From contig NC_043020.1 of assembly GCF_006345805.1 (NCBI RefSeq), positions 11,098,001 to 11,162,000 of the forward strand: DNA of 64,000 nt. The letters run 5' to 3'. Below the pieces are notes generated by a model. It saw nothing but the letters and a program-made list of their open reading frames with translations. It did no database searches and was not told the origin of the DNA. Positions 11,965-22,992 of this stretch are shown piece after piece. Made by a program: the position numbers and the translations under genes. Source of the DNA: Octopus sinensis (lineage: Eukaryota). Each line of letters opens with the position of its first letter. The stretch's first letter is position 1.

Positions 11965-12557
11965 TATAATAATAATAATAATAATAATGAAATTATTGTA
12001 TAGAGTGCTCAGGTGCACCACAACTTGTCAGAAAGTGCGTATAAAGCATATGCAGTAATGTACAAATGTCTGGAAAGCGAACAATGTATGAGTCAGATAC
12101 ATGCTTGCGTGTGTATGGAGGGGAGGAAATCAGGTGTAGTGTTGGTGAATCTCAGAAAGCATGGAAGTTTTGAAGGATGCAGTGCTCCGACAACTAACAA
12201 CTGATGCCGGCAGTTTGTTCCATGCTTCAGCGTATGTATGGAGGGGAGAAAATCAGGTGTAGTGTTGGCGAATCTCAGAAAGCATGGAAGTTTTGAAGGA
12301 TGCAGTGCTCTGACAACTAACAACTGATGCCGGCAGTTTGTTCCATGCTTCAGCAACTCTCAGCGTGAAAAAATGTTTCCGAAAGTCATGGGAGCTGTGC
12401 TGTTTTCTGACTTTGTAAATATGTCCACGGGTGTTAGACGGGTGGAGTTTGAAAAGGTGCTCAGAGTTATTGCTTGTAAGATGGTTAATAATTTTATGGG
12501 TGTCTGCCAAGTCAGTTGCCAGACGTCGGAGTTTCAATGTGTCCATGCCCAGGGAAG
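11965..12557 (-). mobile_element. CR1-clade LINE 3' end with (ATT)n tail and internal ~115-bp duplication
   Basis: TLKLRRLATDLADTHKII...TRGHIYKV...FFTLRVAEAWNKLP is the CR1/L2 RT C-terminal motif; a partial repeat follows at 12633-12790. Confidence 0.9.
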
Positions 12558-12944
12558 TAAGATGATGATGATGATACACACTTACACACAAATGGGCTTC
12601 CACACAGTTTCCATATAACAAATTCTACTGTAAATGGAGCTGTGCTGTTTTCTGACTTTGTAAATATGTCCACGGGTGTTAGACGGGTGGAGTTTGAAAA
12701 GGTGCTCAGAGTTATTGTTTGTAAGATGGTTAATAATTTTATGGGTGTCTGCCAAGTCAGCTGCCAGACATCGGAGTTTCCATGCCATTTATGTCAAGCA
12801 TCTTGACATAATCACCCATGCTACACTCGGCCTTTTGCAGCTCTTCATCAAACACAGGTGCCTTCTCAACTTGTCACGTGCAGCCAAATTCCAAACTTAG
12901 TACCAATCTACCAATCACATATTATCAATATCAATTACATCATT

Positions 12945-13280
12945 CATCATCATCATCATCATCGTTTAACGTCCGTTTTCCATGCTAGCATGTGTTGGAC
13001 AGTTCGACCGGGATCTGGGAAGCCAGAAGGCTGCACCAGGCTCCAGTCTGATATGGCAGTGTTTCTACAGCTGGATGCCCTTCCTAACGCCAACCACTCC
13101 GTGAGTGTAGTGGGTGCTTTTTACGTGCCAGGGAGGCTGGCACTGGCCACGATCGGATTGGTGCTTTTTACGTGCCACCGGCACGGGAGCCAGTCAAGGC
13201 GGCGCTGGCATCAGCCACGTTCAGATGGTGCTTTTTACGTGCCACCGGCATGGAAGCCAGTCAAGGCGGCGATGGCATTA
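12945..13280 (-). mobile_element. SINE family D with (GAT)n tail (representative)
   Basis: ...GGAAGGGCATCCAGCTGTAGAAAC...GCTAGCATGGAAAACGGACGTTAAACGATGATG. Other copies approx. 1685-2270(-), 2370-2560, 4590-4950, 39980-40115(-), 41575-41815(-), 47620-47960(-), 55750-56430(-, tandemly duplicated). Confidence 0.85.
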
Positions 13281-13639
13281 CATTCTGGTAACCAATATAC
13301 ATATAACCTTTACAGTTGGTGACTCTTGAGGCTCTTGACAGCCTACATCATAGCCATTACAAAACCTTTCACTATTGATAAAATAAAGTACCACTCAAGT
13401 ACTGAGGATCCACAGCATCAACTAACAGCCTGCACTTATAACTGATGGCCTTTGTGTCGAAATCAAAAACAATACAAGTACTAGAAATTGTCTTATTAGT
13501 AATAACATTATTATTTCTCAGTAATGAAGGCATATAACATACCACTTCACTTTCGCAAACTATGACTGCCTTCTCTGTTTAGTAAATAAACGATATCATT
13601 AAGAACAAAAATACTTGAAAATTTTAAAAAGCGAATGTG

Positions 13640-13835
13640 ACCGCGTGTGTACCGTTGGCGATTTTTTTCCTCCGTCTTCCCTTCTTTGGATCTTTCCTTT
13701 TCCTATGTTTCTGACGAAGAGCTCTGCTCGAAACGTTAAACCCTCCTTCTTTCCTGAGCGTCCAATAATACTATACTTGTTCCACGTCCTCGCGTTGCTG
13801 TGTTTTCTCTTTGTGTTTTCATGTTTGGAGTAACT
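13640..13835 (+). mobile_element. Penelope-type pseudo-LTR repeat (second copy at ~57960-58160)
   Basis: Two dispersed homologous copies carry the CTGAC(G/A)A...CTCGAAACGTT motif and end in (TA)n. Confidence 0.55.
13707..13741 (+). ncRNA. Minimal type-I hammerhead ribozyme motif (Penelope-type repeat)
   Basis: gttt CTGACGA a GAGC tct GCTC GAA ACGT T aaac: intact core, 4-bp stems I and II, palindromic ACGU stem III, GUU cleavage triplet. Confidence 0.7.
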
Positions 13836-13842
13836 ATATATA

Positions 13843-13894
<52 letters not shown>

Positions 13895-14539
13895 TGTACT
13901 AAGAGTTTTATAATCATGTTTAATTTGAGACAGTTCCTTGAATTATATATTAATTATATATATACACTTGTCATATACTAAGAGCTTTATAATCATGTTT
14001 AACATGAGACAGTTCCTGACTGTCAGGTGTAGCTGTGTGGTAAGAAGTTTGCTTCCCAACTGGTTCCCACCAGCAGCGCAAAAACAAAACTTTGCCGCTA
14101 ACAATTTGCCAAAATCATAACCGCTTATTCCATCGCTTCAACTAACTGTGTTCTGGTGGCATTGAAAAGAGAACCTTCATCGGTTTGCCAGCATTATCAG
14201 TTCAAAGATTTGTGTGTCTAGCAGAAATGCAAGGTTGTATTTTTCGGTTCTGTTTGATCGCAGCCTCCGAGATGTGGTTGTTGGTCGTGTGCCTAAATTA
14301 GAGGCAATGATTGAGAGCAGAATCAGTAAAACGCCGGGCAAATACTTTTGACTAGTTATGTCTTGCAATGTTTTGAATTTTTTTTTTTGTAATCCAACAA
14401 CGGTCAACTTTGATTTTAATCTTTCTGTGGTCGTTAAATTCGGCAGTCTCTCTTCAAGAATATGCAGCCTTGGTCCAATACAAAAACGGTAAAGAACGGC
14501 TGAGTGAATAAAATACATATAAATAGTAGGTTGTCAGAT

Positions 14540-14760
14540 AAATTCATTCGTTTCTGTCCACTCCAGTGTTATTTGAATTCAAGACCCGGCGATTTCTAGT
14601 CAAAACATTGACAAGCTAGTAGAACTTTGGCAAGAAGTTGTAAACAACGAAGGGGGGAAAATATGGTTAATATTATTGACCGATTTGCTAAAATTTATGA
14701 AAAATAACTATTAAAATAAATGAAAAAAGAACTTAAAGAATTTATCAGACATCGCAATAT
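14540..14760 (+). mobile_element. Mariner transposase C-terminal remnant
   Basis: SQNIDKLVELWQEVVNNEG resembles the mariner C-terminus GIxKLxxRWxxVVxxxGxY. Confidence 0.6.
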
Positions 14761-15045
14761 TATACAACAATTTCATGAAATATAAATATATTCCAGAGTG
14801 GATCTGCGTAATAGAAGACAGAAAATATAGTTTATTTCACTTTGAAGTCACATTATTAGACTTGTTATGTTAATTAAATTGCTGAAACATACACAAATAT
14901 TAATTAAGAACTTCTATCAGGAGCGTTTGAGTTAATTATTCGGAATTTGAAAGAAAAGCATCAACGAAATAGTTAAATAACTTCAGCACATAAAAGAGAG
15001 ATGGAAATATCTAGGGAAGATGTTACAAAAATCAGTGTGACTAAC

Positions 15046-15119
15046 CTCGAAAAACAGCTGAAGGTTAGTCTTGTTGACGAGCGGAAAGCACTGCATGCTG
15101 TAATTAATTTCAGCGCCAT
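15046..15119 (-). CDS. TFAM: TFAM coding exon 1 (mitochondrial transit peptide)
   Basis: Manual translation gives MALKLITACSAFRSSTRLTFSCFS(R): Ser/Arg-rich with no acidic residues. Kozak context is acaATGG and the donor is AG|gttagt. Its phase-2 end joins exon 2 in frame. Confidence 0.85.
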
Positions 15120-15554
15120 TGTTGGGGTTACTTACAAAGGGAAACAACTTGTACTTTAGTCAGCAAGCTGACAGAATGGTTAGAATGCCGGACGAAATAT
15201 ATAGCGACATTAATTCCGGCTTTACGCTCTAAGTTCAAATAAATCGGAAGTTGAATTTGCCTTTCGTTATTTCTGAGTAGCGAGGCTTTTCCCTTCCATA
15301 TTTTGAAGAGGTCATAGGCCAACAGGTTTTGGGGTCTGATAATACGTCATAAAGATAAACCCTTTATTGGCAGGAAATCTAAGGTAATCCCATAAACCGG
15401 CCCTCCCCATTTTTAATATATATACTACTCTACATCTTAGAATGTGCTTCTTCTGTGGATTTATGTTTTCTACAAACGGTGTATATATATATATAAAATT
15501 AGAAAAAAAACCACCTTTTATCAATTCAAAATGAACAATTAAATTACACCATCC

Positions 15555-15747
15555 AGAAAATTACATATAATAGAAAAATTAAAATAAAAATAACAATAAA
15601 ATTTCAATGATTTAGTAAATTGCAAAAAAAATAATAAAACGTTATTCTACCTATTATATACGTTTTTATTATTTTTTTGCAGTTTACTTAATCATTGAAA
15701 TTTTATTGTTATTTTAATTTTAACTTTTCTATTATATGTAATTTTCT
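15555..15747. repeat. AT-rich ~190-bp palindrome upstream of TFAM
   Basis: agaaaattacatataatagaaaa... is mirrored by ...ttttctattatatgtaattttct; a similar AT-rich palindrome lies at ~60355-60577. Confidence 0.75.
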
Positions 15748-16705
15748 AGAATTTTTTTTCCCTGTAAGTTTGGATTTATATTCCCTCAAATAATAATTAT
15801 ATATATATTTATATATATTCGGATGAATATGGTACTTAAGTTGAGGCACCAGAATTTAGTATGGTATTATCCATACAATTTCAAAATAAGGTGATGAAAA
15901 TCAAAATAAGCAACAAGGATATCCAGAGGTAATGCAGTACGATCGTTTCATGCGACTCCATTTAATTGAACAATGCAATCATTTCATTACATCAATTTAA
16001 AATGCAGAGCAATCTTCAGCTGCACAAAGACATAGAATTTAATTAAATTAGAACAGAAGGACACATTAGTATAATTTTACCTAAGATCGCCAATAAATTA
16101 AGGAGATAGACAAAGAACATGTTGTACCTACAACATCATAGTTGTAACTGAAATTTTCTCAAGAAGACACTGCCTGTCACTGATATTTTGTTATTTTGTT
16201 TCTTTTTTTATGGGGTCAGTTTTAATTTATAGATTAGTTTATCAAATCCTTTATATATTTAAGGCTGAGAGAAAACAGAGGGTAGTATCTGTTTGGGGTA
16301 GAGTTGATGGAGTAGACAGATATTATAGATAGTATAATCATAAAATCAAGATTTATTAGAAGCAATGTCATGAGGTTTAGTATGGGAAAATTTAAAACAA
16401 GATGTTAGCTGATAATTAAGGGATCGCCCACTAGCAAACCATTGATAATGAAACAGGGGAAATCTTATGTAGTACTACAGTTAAATACTATAAGCAATGC
16501 TGCTATATTTTATACAGATAAAGTTTAAGGTTATTCAAAAGATTATTAAGAAGAATATTGTAACAAAAAGGATAGAAATTTATGAATACTTTTGAGTATA
16601 TATCAAACTTTTATCACAATAGAGGGAGAAATATAGAAATAGTTTAATATATTTATACATATTGTATACTTAAATACTAACTTATCAGATGGTATCTGTG
16701 AATAT

Positions 16706-16945
16706 ATAAAAAGGCGGCGAGCTGGCAGAACCGTTAGCACACCGGGCGAAATGTGTAGCTGTATTTCGTCTGCCGTTACGTTCTGAGTTCAAATTCCGCC
16801 GAGGTCGACTTCACCTTTCATCCTTTCGGGGTCGATAAATTAAGTACCAGTTATGCACTGGAGTCAATATAATCGACTTAATCCGTTTGTCTATCCCTGT
16901 TTGTCCTCTCTGTGTTTAGCCCCTTGTGGGTAGTAAAGAAATAGA
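16706..16945 (+). mobile_element. tRNA-derived SINE family B (representative, with 13-bp TSD)
   Basis: Head GGCGGCGAGCTGGCAG, B-box GAGTTCAAATTCC, central CCTTTCATCCTTTCGGGGTCGATAAA domain; TSD tatctgtgaatat at 16693-16705 and 16946-16958. Other copies approx. 7545-7740, 8095-8440(-), 23846-24000, 36117-36270, 45946-46173, 48965-49375. Confidence 0.9.
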
Positions 16946-18610
16946 TATCTGTGAATATTGATTAAATGATAATTACTGGTATTAATAAAGGAGTATTGAG
17001 GTAAAAGAACATGCTACTTGTATATTAAAAAATTTTAATCTAAGCATTTTTTTAATAAGTAGTGAATTTATCAGCATAGCTTTATATAAGCTGAGTATGA
17101 AATTTATAGAGATACAAGACTTAGAATAATTTTATAAATAAATGAATAAAAGCTAATTATAAAATAAAATAATCAAGGGCAGAACACCATAGAAAAGGAA
17201 TAAAATGGCTTAATTACTAATACTGTGGTAAAGTACATTTAGCTTCTCAACACCAATAGAGAAGATTTTTTTTAGAAAAAAGTATAATAATTCAAAATAT
17301 ATTGGACTAAAAATTATATTTACTTGTTAAGATAATATCTATAAAAGACTGATGTTTGGTATCAGCTTAAAGAATAATTAAGTTATGGAACAATTCTATT
17401 TTACACTAATCTTTCTTTTATAATTAAGGGTTATATTATAGGTTTAAGAAGTTACTATTATTACTCCCTACAGGATATTTCTATTTTCTTATTGGTACTT
17501 ATTTAGAAAGATTATTTATATAAAGGTCCTTATAAATACTAAGATCAGGAGGGTAGAGCCATTTAAGAAAGAGAAAAATCAAGTGATTTTTAAAGATCAT
17601 TTCAAACAACGTTGTCATACTATATAAGGTTAAAATTTTTTTAGGGTAATCAAAAAGATTAAGAATGAGAATTTTAATAAAAAGGATACCACTTTTTTTA
17701 ATATTTTGAGTATATACTCTCTTTTACTTGTTTCAGTCATTTGACTGCAGCCATGCTGGAGCACCGCCTTTACTCGAGCAAATCGACTCCGGGACTTATT
17801 CTTTGTAAGCCCAGTACTTATTCTATCAGTCTCTTTTGCCAAAGCGCTAAGTGACGGCGACGTAAACACACCAGCATCGGTTTTCAAGCGATGTTGGGGG
17901 ACAAACACAGACACACATATATATATATATACATATATAGACGGGCTTCTTTCAGTTTCCGCCTACCAAATCCACTCACAAGGCCTTGGTCGGTCCAAGG
18001 CTATAGTAGAAGACACTTGCCCAAGATGCCACGCAGTGGGACTGAACCCGGAACCATGTGGTTGGTAAGCAAGCTACTTACCACACAGCCACTCCTGTGC
18101 CTATAGATACCAATTTTTTTTTTACCACAATACAGGGACTAAAAGGAAATTGCAAAGAAATGGATGTTTATGTACTGACATGTGTCTGTTCAAGCTGTAT
18201 ACATGACTTACTTTGTTGAAGTAATAGTCATGTAATGAACTAACCCCCTTAAGCCTTGTGTTTAAAAAGGAGCCAATTCACATCATACCTTCTCACTCCC
18301 AACAATGATTTCTCGATGACATCTTCACCATTGGCCAATTGGTAGAGTTTTAGAGTGTAGCATTGGTGGAATGCATCCGCGCTCTCTGAGATATGCAGTA
18401 CAAATAATGTCGGAGCAGATAACAGTTAACTTTTGGCCGCTATTTGGACCCGGTTGTGTCCACTACTCTGATTGGTTGGCATTGGCGCAGTTTGCCTCTT
18501 GACTTATTTCTCACCAATGTGTAAACCAACCAATCAGAACCTTCCAATAAGATCATGTGAGACAGCTTGTTCACAATCCAATTTGAGCCTACCTTTTACT
18601 TTAAAAGGCT

Positions 18611-18950
18611 TCAGCGATTCACTATATATCGTCTTTGGTTCTCGGCCATTGACCACACCGCGACAGACCAGCCAGTTCCAGTGACCCAGCCATGTTCCCA
18701 CGATGACACTGACATGCAGTATCTCAGGATGTTTTCCACCACTGTCGCCATCACCACCGTTGACTTCAACAATACGTACACAGCAACTCGCTCAGGTTTA
18801 ACCTTTACGCTGTTGTGGATATACACCAAGGTTAACAGCTCCAGTCTACTTGCAAGAATTTTCTGTACCAAAGCAACCTGGAAATGGATTGAAGCCACAA
18901 CTTCTACACACATAGTAACTGCTCTCCTCTTAGCCACCAACTTCATTGAT
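18611..18950 (-). mobile_element. BEL/Pao LTR-retrotransposon RNase H remnant
   Basis: QVALVQK...SRLELL...STVV...VENILR...WEH resembles the BEL RNase H pattern (PRLEL...DSTVV...FVENR...WxHV); truncated by a MITE at 18962. Confidence 0.5.
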
Positions 18951-18961
18951 ACAGAACTTAC

Positions 18962-19367
18962 GGATCTTTTCAGTTTGAATGGTAGTTTTTAAAAATAATT
19001 TCTACGTAACTAAGCACTTTTAAACTTCGTATACTGGTAGAATGTGTTTATAAAACATCTTTTTCTCTTGGCTTTAATGAGAAAATTCTATAGTTTGTAA
19101 GATGTTTGTTGTTTTTTTTCTTCAATTTCTGCAATTTCAACCAATCAATGATGTCTATTTGAGGTGAAAACATTCTGTGCCGTATGAATATGTCCCTCGT
19201 TTAAGAAACAGATTGGGTTTATTTACATTTGTAAAGGGAAAAAGATACCCTTCCCCCCACCCCTAAAACAGATTGAAATGCAATAGATCGATACTAGGGT
19301 CATAATTATGGGCGACAATTTCATATGACACCGCTAGAAAAAACTGCCGGTCAAACCGAAAAGATCC
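18962..19367 (+). mobile_element. MITE family E
   Basis: Both TIRs present; TSD gaacttac/gaactcac. Confidence 0.9.
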
Positions 19368-19990
19368 GAACTCACTACTATTGTGTCTCTTACGACCTGG
19401 CAATTAACTCCATCTTGTCTGAACATTCATTTGTATCCCGAGAGACACATTTCTATTTGTTCTCTATTGTTCCTTATTGTTCTTCTGTACTCACACATGA
19501 ACACACACTTATGTTGCAGTCACGTTCAACCTTGTTTGTGCTTACAATGAACACATAGACACACACTTATTGCATGCACTCAGACAAACACTCTGCTAGC
19601 ACTCATTATGTACACATCTATAAATAAGGTCTTCTTCTCTCAAACAGTAGAATGGTTGTGTCATCTTCCTTATTCATTGTGGCACTCTTATTTTTTTATG
19701 CCATATATCTACGGCCTCTTCTTCATAGGCGACCATGTGGCATTTAAAAGGAGACATTTCTGTCACCATCTCCTTTACATACGGTCGTCACGACAAGAGC
19801 GTCATATAGATTGTTTCGTGGTTAATATTCCAGCTTTTTACGCTCTGAGTTCAGTTCCAGCTGAGGTCAACTATACTTTCCAGCTTTTCAGGGTCGATAA
19901 AGAATAATGGTTCTGTTCTGAGGTTGAGCTTTATTTGGATCTTTTCAGTTTGAACGGCAGTTTTTTCTAGCGGTGTCATATGAAAAAATT

Positions 19991-20125
19991 GGCTGCTAGA
20001 AGACCCTATGTCTGGCAACAGGACTCTGCACCATGCCACACAAGCAGGAGAACCCAGTCGTGGCTGTCAGACGATTTCTGTGACCACATCACCTCTAACA
20101 TCTGGCCACCTAAGTCCCCAGACTG
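19991..20125 (+). mobile_element. Tc1/mariner DDE/D transposase fragment (5' half of split element)
   Basis: RRPYVWQQDSAPCHTSRRTQSWLSDDFCDHITSNIWPPKSPD, interrupted by a MITE end at 20126. Confidence 0.8.
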
Positions 20126-22377
20126 GGATCTTTTCGATTTGAACGGCAGTTTTTTCTAGCGGTGTCATATGAAATTGTCACCCATAATTATGACCCTAGT
20201 ATCGATCTATTGCATTTCAATCTGTTTTAGGGTTAGGGTTAGGGGTTATTTTATTTTAAATGCAAAACAACACTACAGAAGAATCGACGTGAACTTAAAT
20301 AATAAACCGCATAGGTGAACTGCGATATGGTGAGGGCTTACTGTATTAATTATATGCGCAATTTCTCTTTCAGGTTACAAGGCTAGCAGTTTTGAGGAAA
20401 GGGGATTAGTCGATGCCATCGACCCCAGTACTTTGACTGTACTATATTTTATCCACGCCAGCAAAATAGTAAATCCACAGTAGTTTTTAAAGGGTCTGTA
20501 GTGTAGACTATATATTTGTGCATTCAAACGTAGCAGGGACCAACTGGCTTTCAGTCGCTGTTTGTATCCAGTTGTGTCCACTACTCTGATTGGTTGATAT
20601 TGGCGCAATTTGTCCCCTACTCTGTTGTGCCTACTGACCGCGGACAGCCAGTCAGAGACTTTAGATAGCATCACGTGAACAGCCTTTTTCGAACCCTATT
20701 TCGAGCCTACTACTTTCTATAAAATCCCAGCTTTTTCCTCGTCACCTCATCATGCGGTCGCTACGGGTCCTTAAAAGAAACAGCTCGGTTTCTTTTTCTA
20801 AAATTTTAAACAATTCAACACATTGCGGATCACTGATGCATGTTCCCTCAGAGAGTGGTATTGCAAATCCTATACGAGTGGATACTATTTAAGAAGAGTG
20901 GTCCCGGTGCGCGTACTCGCGCATCCGCGCTAGCTAGTCGTGACAAGTCGATCCTACAACGACTACCTAGCAAAGTAAATAAAACACAAAATAAATAATT
21001 TTTTTACACAAAGCAAATAATTTTTTTAAATAAAGTAAATAAAACACAAAGTAAATAATTTTTTAAAACAAAGTAAATAAAACACAAAAACACAAAGTAA
21101 GGATCGTTAGTTAGGGGTTGGGGAAGGGTATCTTTTTTTCTTCACAAATGTAAATAAACCCAATCTGTTTCTTAAAGGAGGGACATATTCATTATGCACA
21201 GAATGTTATTTACGTCAATGGAGGTAATTGATTGGTTAAAATTGCCGAAATGCAAGAAATTTCAAACGAAATATGTTACTACCTATAGAATTTTCTCAAT
21301 AAAACCAAGAGAAAATGATGTTTTATAAACACATTCTACCAGTATACGAAGTTTAAAACTTTTTAGCTACCTAGAAATTATGTTACAAAGTGCCGTTCAA
21401 AAGGAAAAGATCCGGATCGACTAGATAGCGCGGATGCGCGAGTGTGCGAGTGCGCGCACCGGGACCTCTCAAAATAGTACCTACGAGTGAACGTATGAAG
21501 AACGAAATAGAAATTTTGAAAGAAGTAGCGAAAAAACTAGCTTTTAAACAATGAATGGCCGTGAGTGTTCACCAGAATAAAATAGTGAATCAAAGGAGTC
21601 GATTGATAAAAAAAAAAACGGTTGAGAACCACCAAGTCAAATGATGATATCGGGCTAAAACCCTTCACCTTAAAACTCTAAGCCGAGTTCCTCAATTTGA
21701 CACTATTATATACTGTTTGTGTGCGGGTGAGTGAGAGAGAAAGAAAGAGCGAGAGTGTGGGAGATGAAGTGAGAGGAGAGAGAAAGAGAGCGAGAGTGGG
21801 GAGAATAAGTGTGGGTATAATCTGCTGCGTGAAGAGGAAGACGATAATAAATAGCGAAAGTAAATGTTTACCAAGTCAACAGTTTCATTCACATTCACTC
21901 ATTTTTATTTACTCATTTATTTAAAATAGCACGTTGTCCAACCATTCATTTAGAAGCATAATGTAAATCCAATCGCTTAGCAACAGTATGTCGTCACAGG
22001 GTCTACGTCACATATCTCCGCCCACACAGACCGAGATAGAGAGAGATAAGAGAGAGAGAGAGAGAAGAGATAGACAAATACACACATGAATGAGAACGAC
22101 GTTCGTACACATACTGACATAAACACACACGCATCAATTAACACACATACACACACACACATACATATATTTAGAGTGTATTCAAGGGAGATAACCCTCA
22201 GTTGTATCAAGACGGAACCCGGAGACTGTCAAAGAGAAGCGAAGACAGAGCGAGAGAAATCACTTGATGCATCAAAGAGAAATCATCACGTATCGATTCC
22301 AAATCCTCCATTTTAAAAACAAAAAAAAAAACAACCACTTTATTCACCAATTATCCACCTTCGTCATACATCCGCTC

Positions 22378-22708
22378 ATGTTTCCTTTACTGAATTCCCC
22401 GAGCCGTTTTAAGAACTACGATGTCAGCCCTTCACGTTCTGGCCCGTTCTTGGGCATCGTTCTTTCATCGTTCCTATTGTTATCAATAACGCCTCAAAGA
22501 ACCGAAGCAGCTGTTTCCGATGCTGCGAAATTCTCGTCGAATGCCGACCTCGTCCATCACAATTACGACCAAATGGTCGCTTTGCTGGACGAGGTACACA
22601 GCAAATGTCCCGACATCACGTTGGTCTATAACCCTCCTGGACATTCGGTCGAAGGGAGAAATTTAACTGTCATTGAATTCAGCGACGATCCTGGAAAACA
22701 CATTGCTG
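22378..22708 (+). CDS. CPE: M14B metallocarboxypeptidase (carboxypeptidase E-like) coding exon 1
   Basis: Hydrophobic signal segment FLGIVLSSFLLLSI, then HHNYDQMVALLDEVHSKCPDITLVY...SVEGRNLTVIEFSDDPGKHIA(G). Phase-1 donor G|gtaggt. The start ATG is uncertain (an in-frame ATG also exists at 22267). CPE versus CPD/CPM cannot be settled from two exons. Confidence 0.85.
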
Positions 22709-22765
22709 GTAGGTACCACATACCATTTTTTTTTTAGAAGCCTTCTTCTTCTGATTCTGCTTCTG

Positions 22766-22826
<61 letters not shown>

Positions 22827-22956
22827 GTAGTAGTAGTATAGTAGTAGTAGTAGTAGTAGTAGTATTTAGGGGGTCGATAAATTAAGCAACGGGATCTATA
22901 TAATCGACTAACCCCGCTCCCTCTGAACTTCAGGCCTTCTGCCTATAGTGGAACGG

Positions 22957-22992
<36 letters not shown>

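Noticed and set aside
16180-17700. ND5-like NUMT next to TFAM (DSM..FISSNVMSFS in the invertebrate mitochondrial code)
   Set aside because: The invariant ND5 motifs (GWDGLG, HSSTLVTAG, TKSAQ) could not be found and the spacing does not fit; kept only as an unexplained tract.
20248-20265. (TTAGGG)3 as a chromosome end or true interstitial telomere
   Set aside because: It is a fixed internal part of MITE family E.
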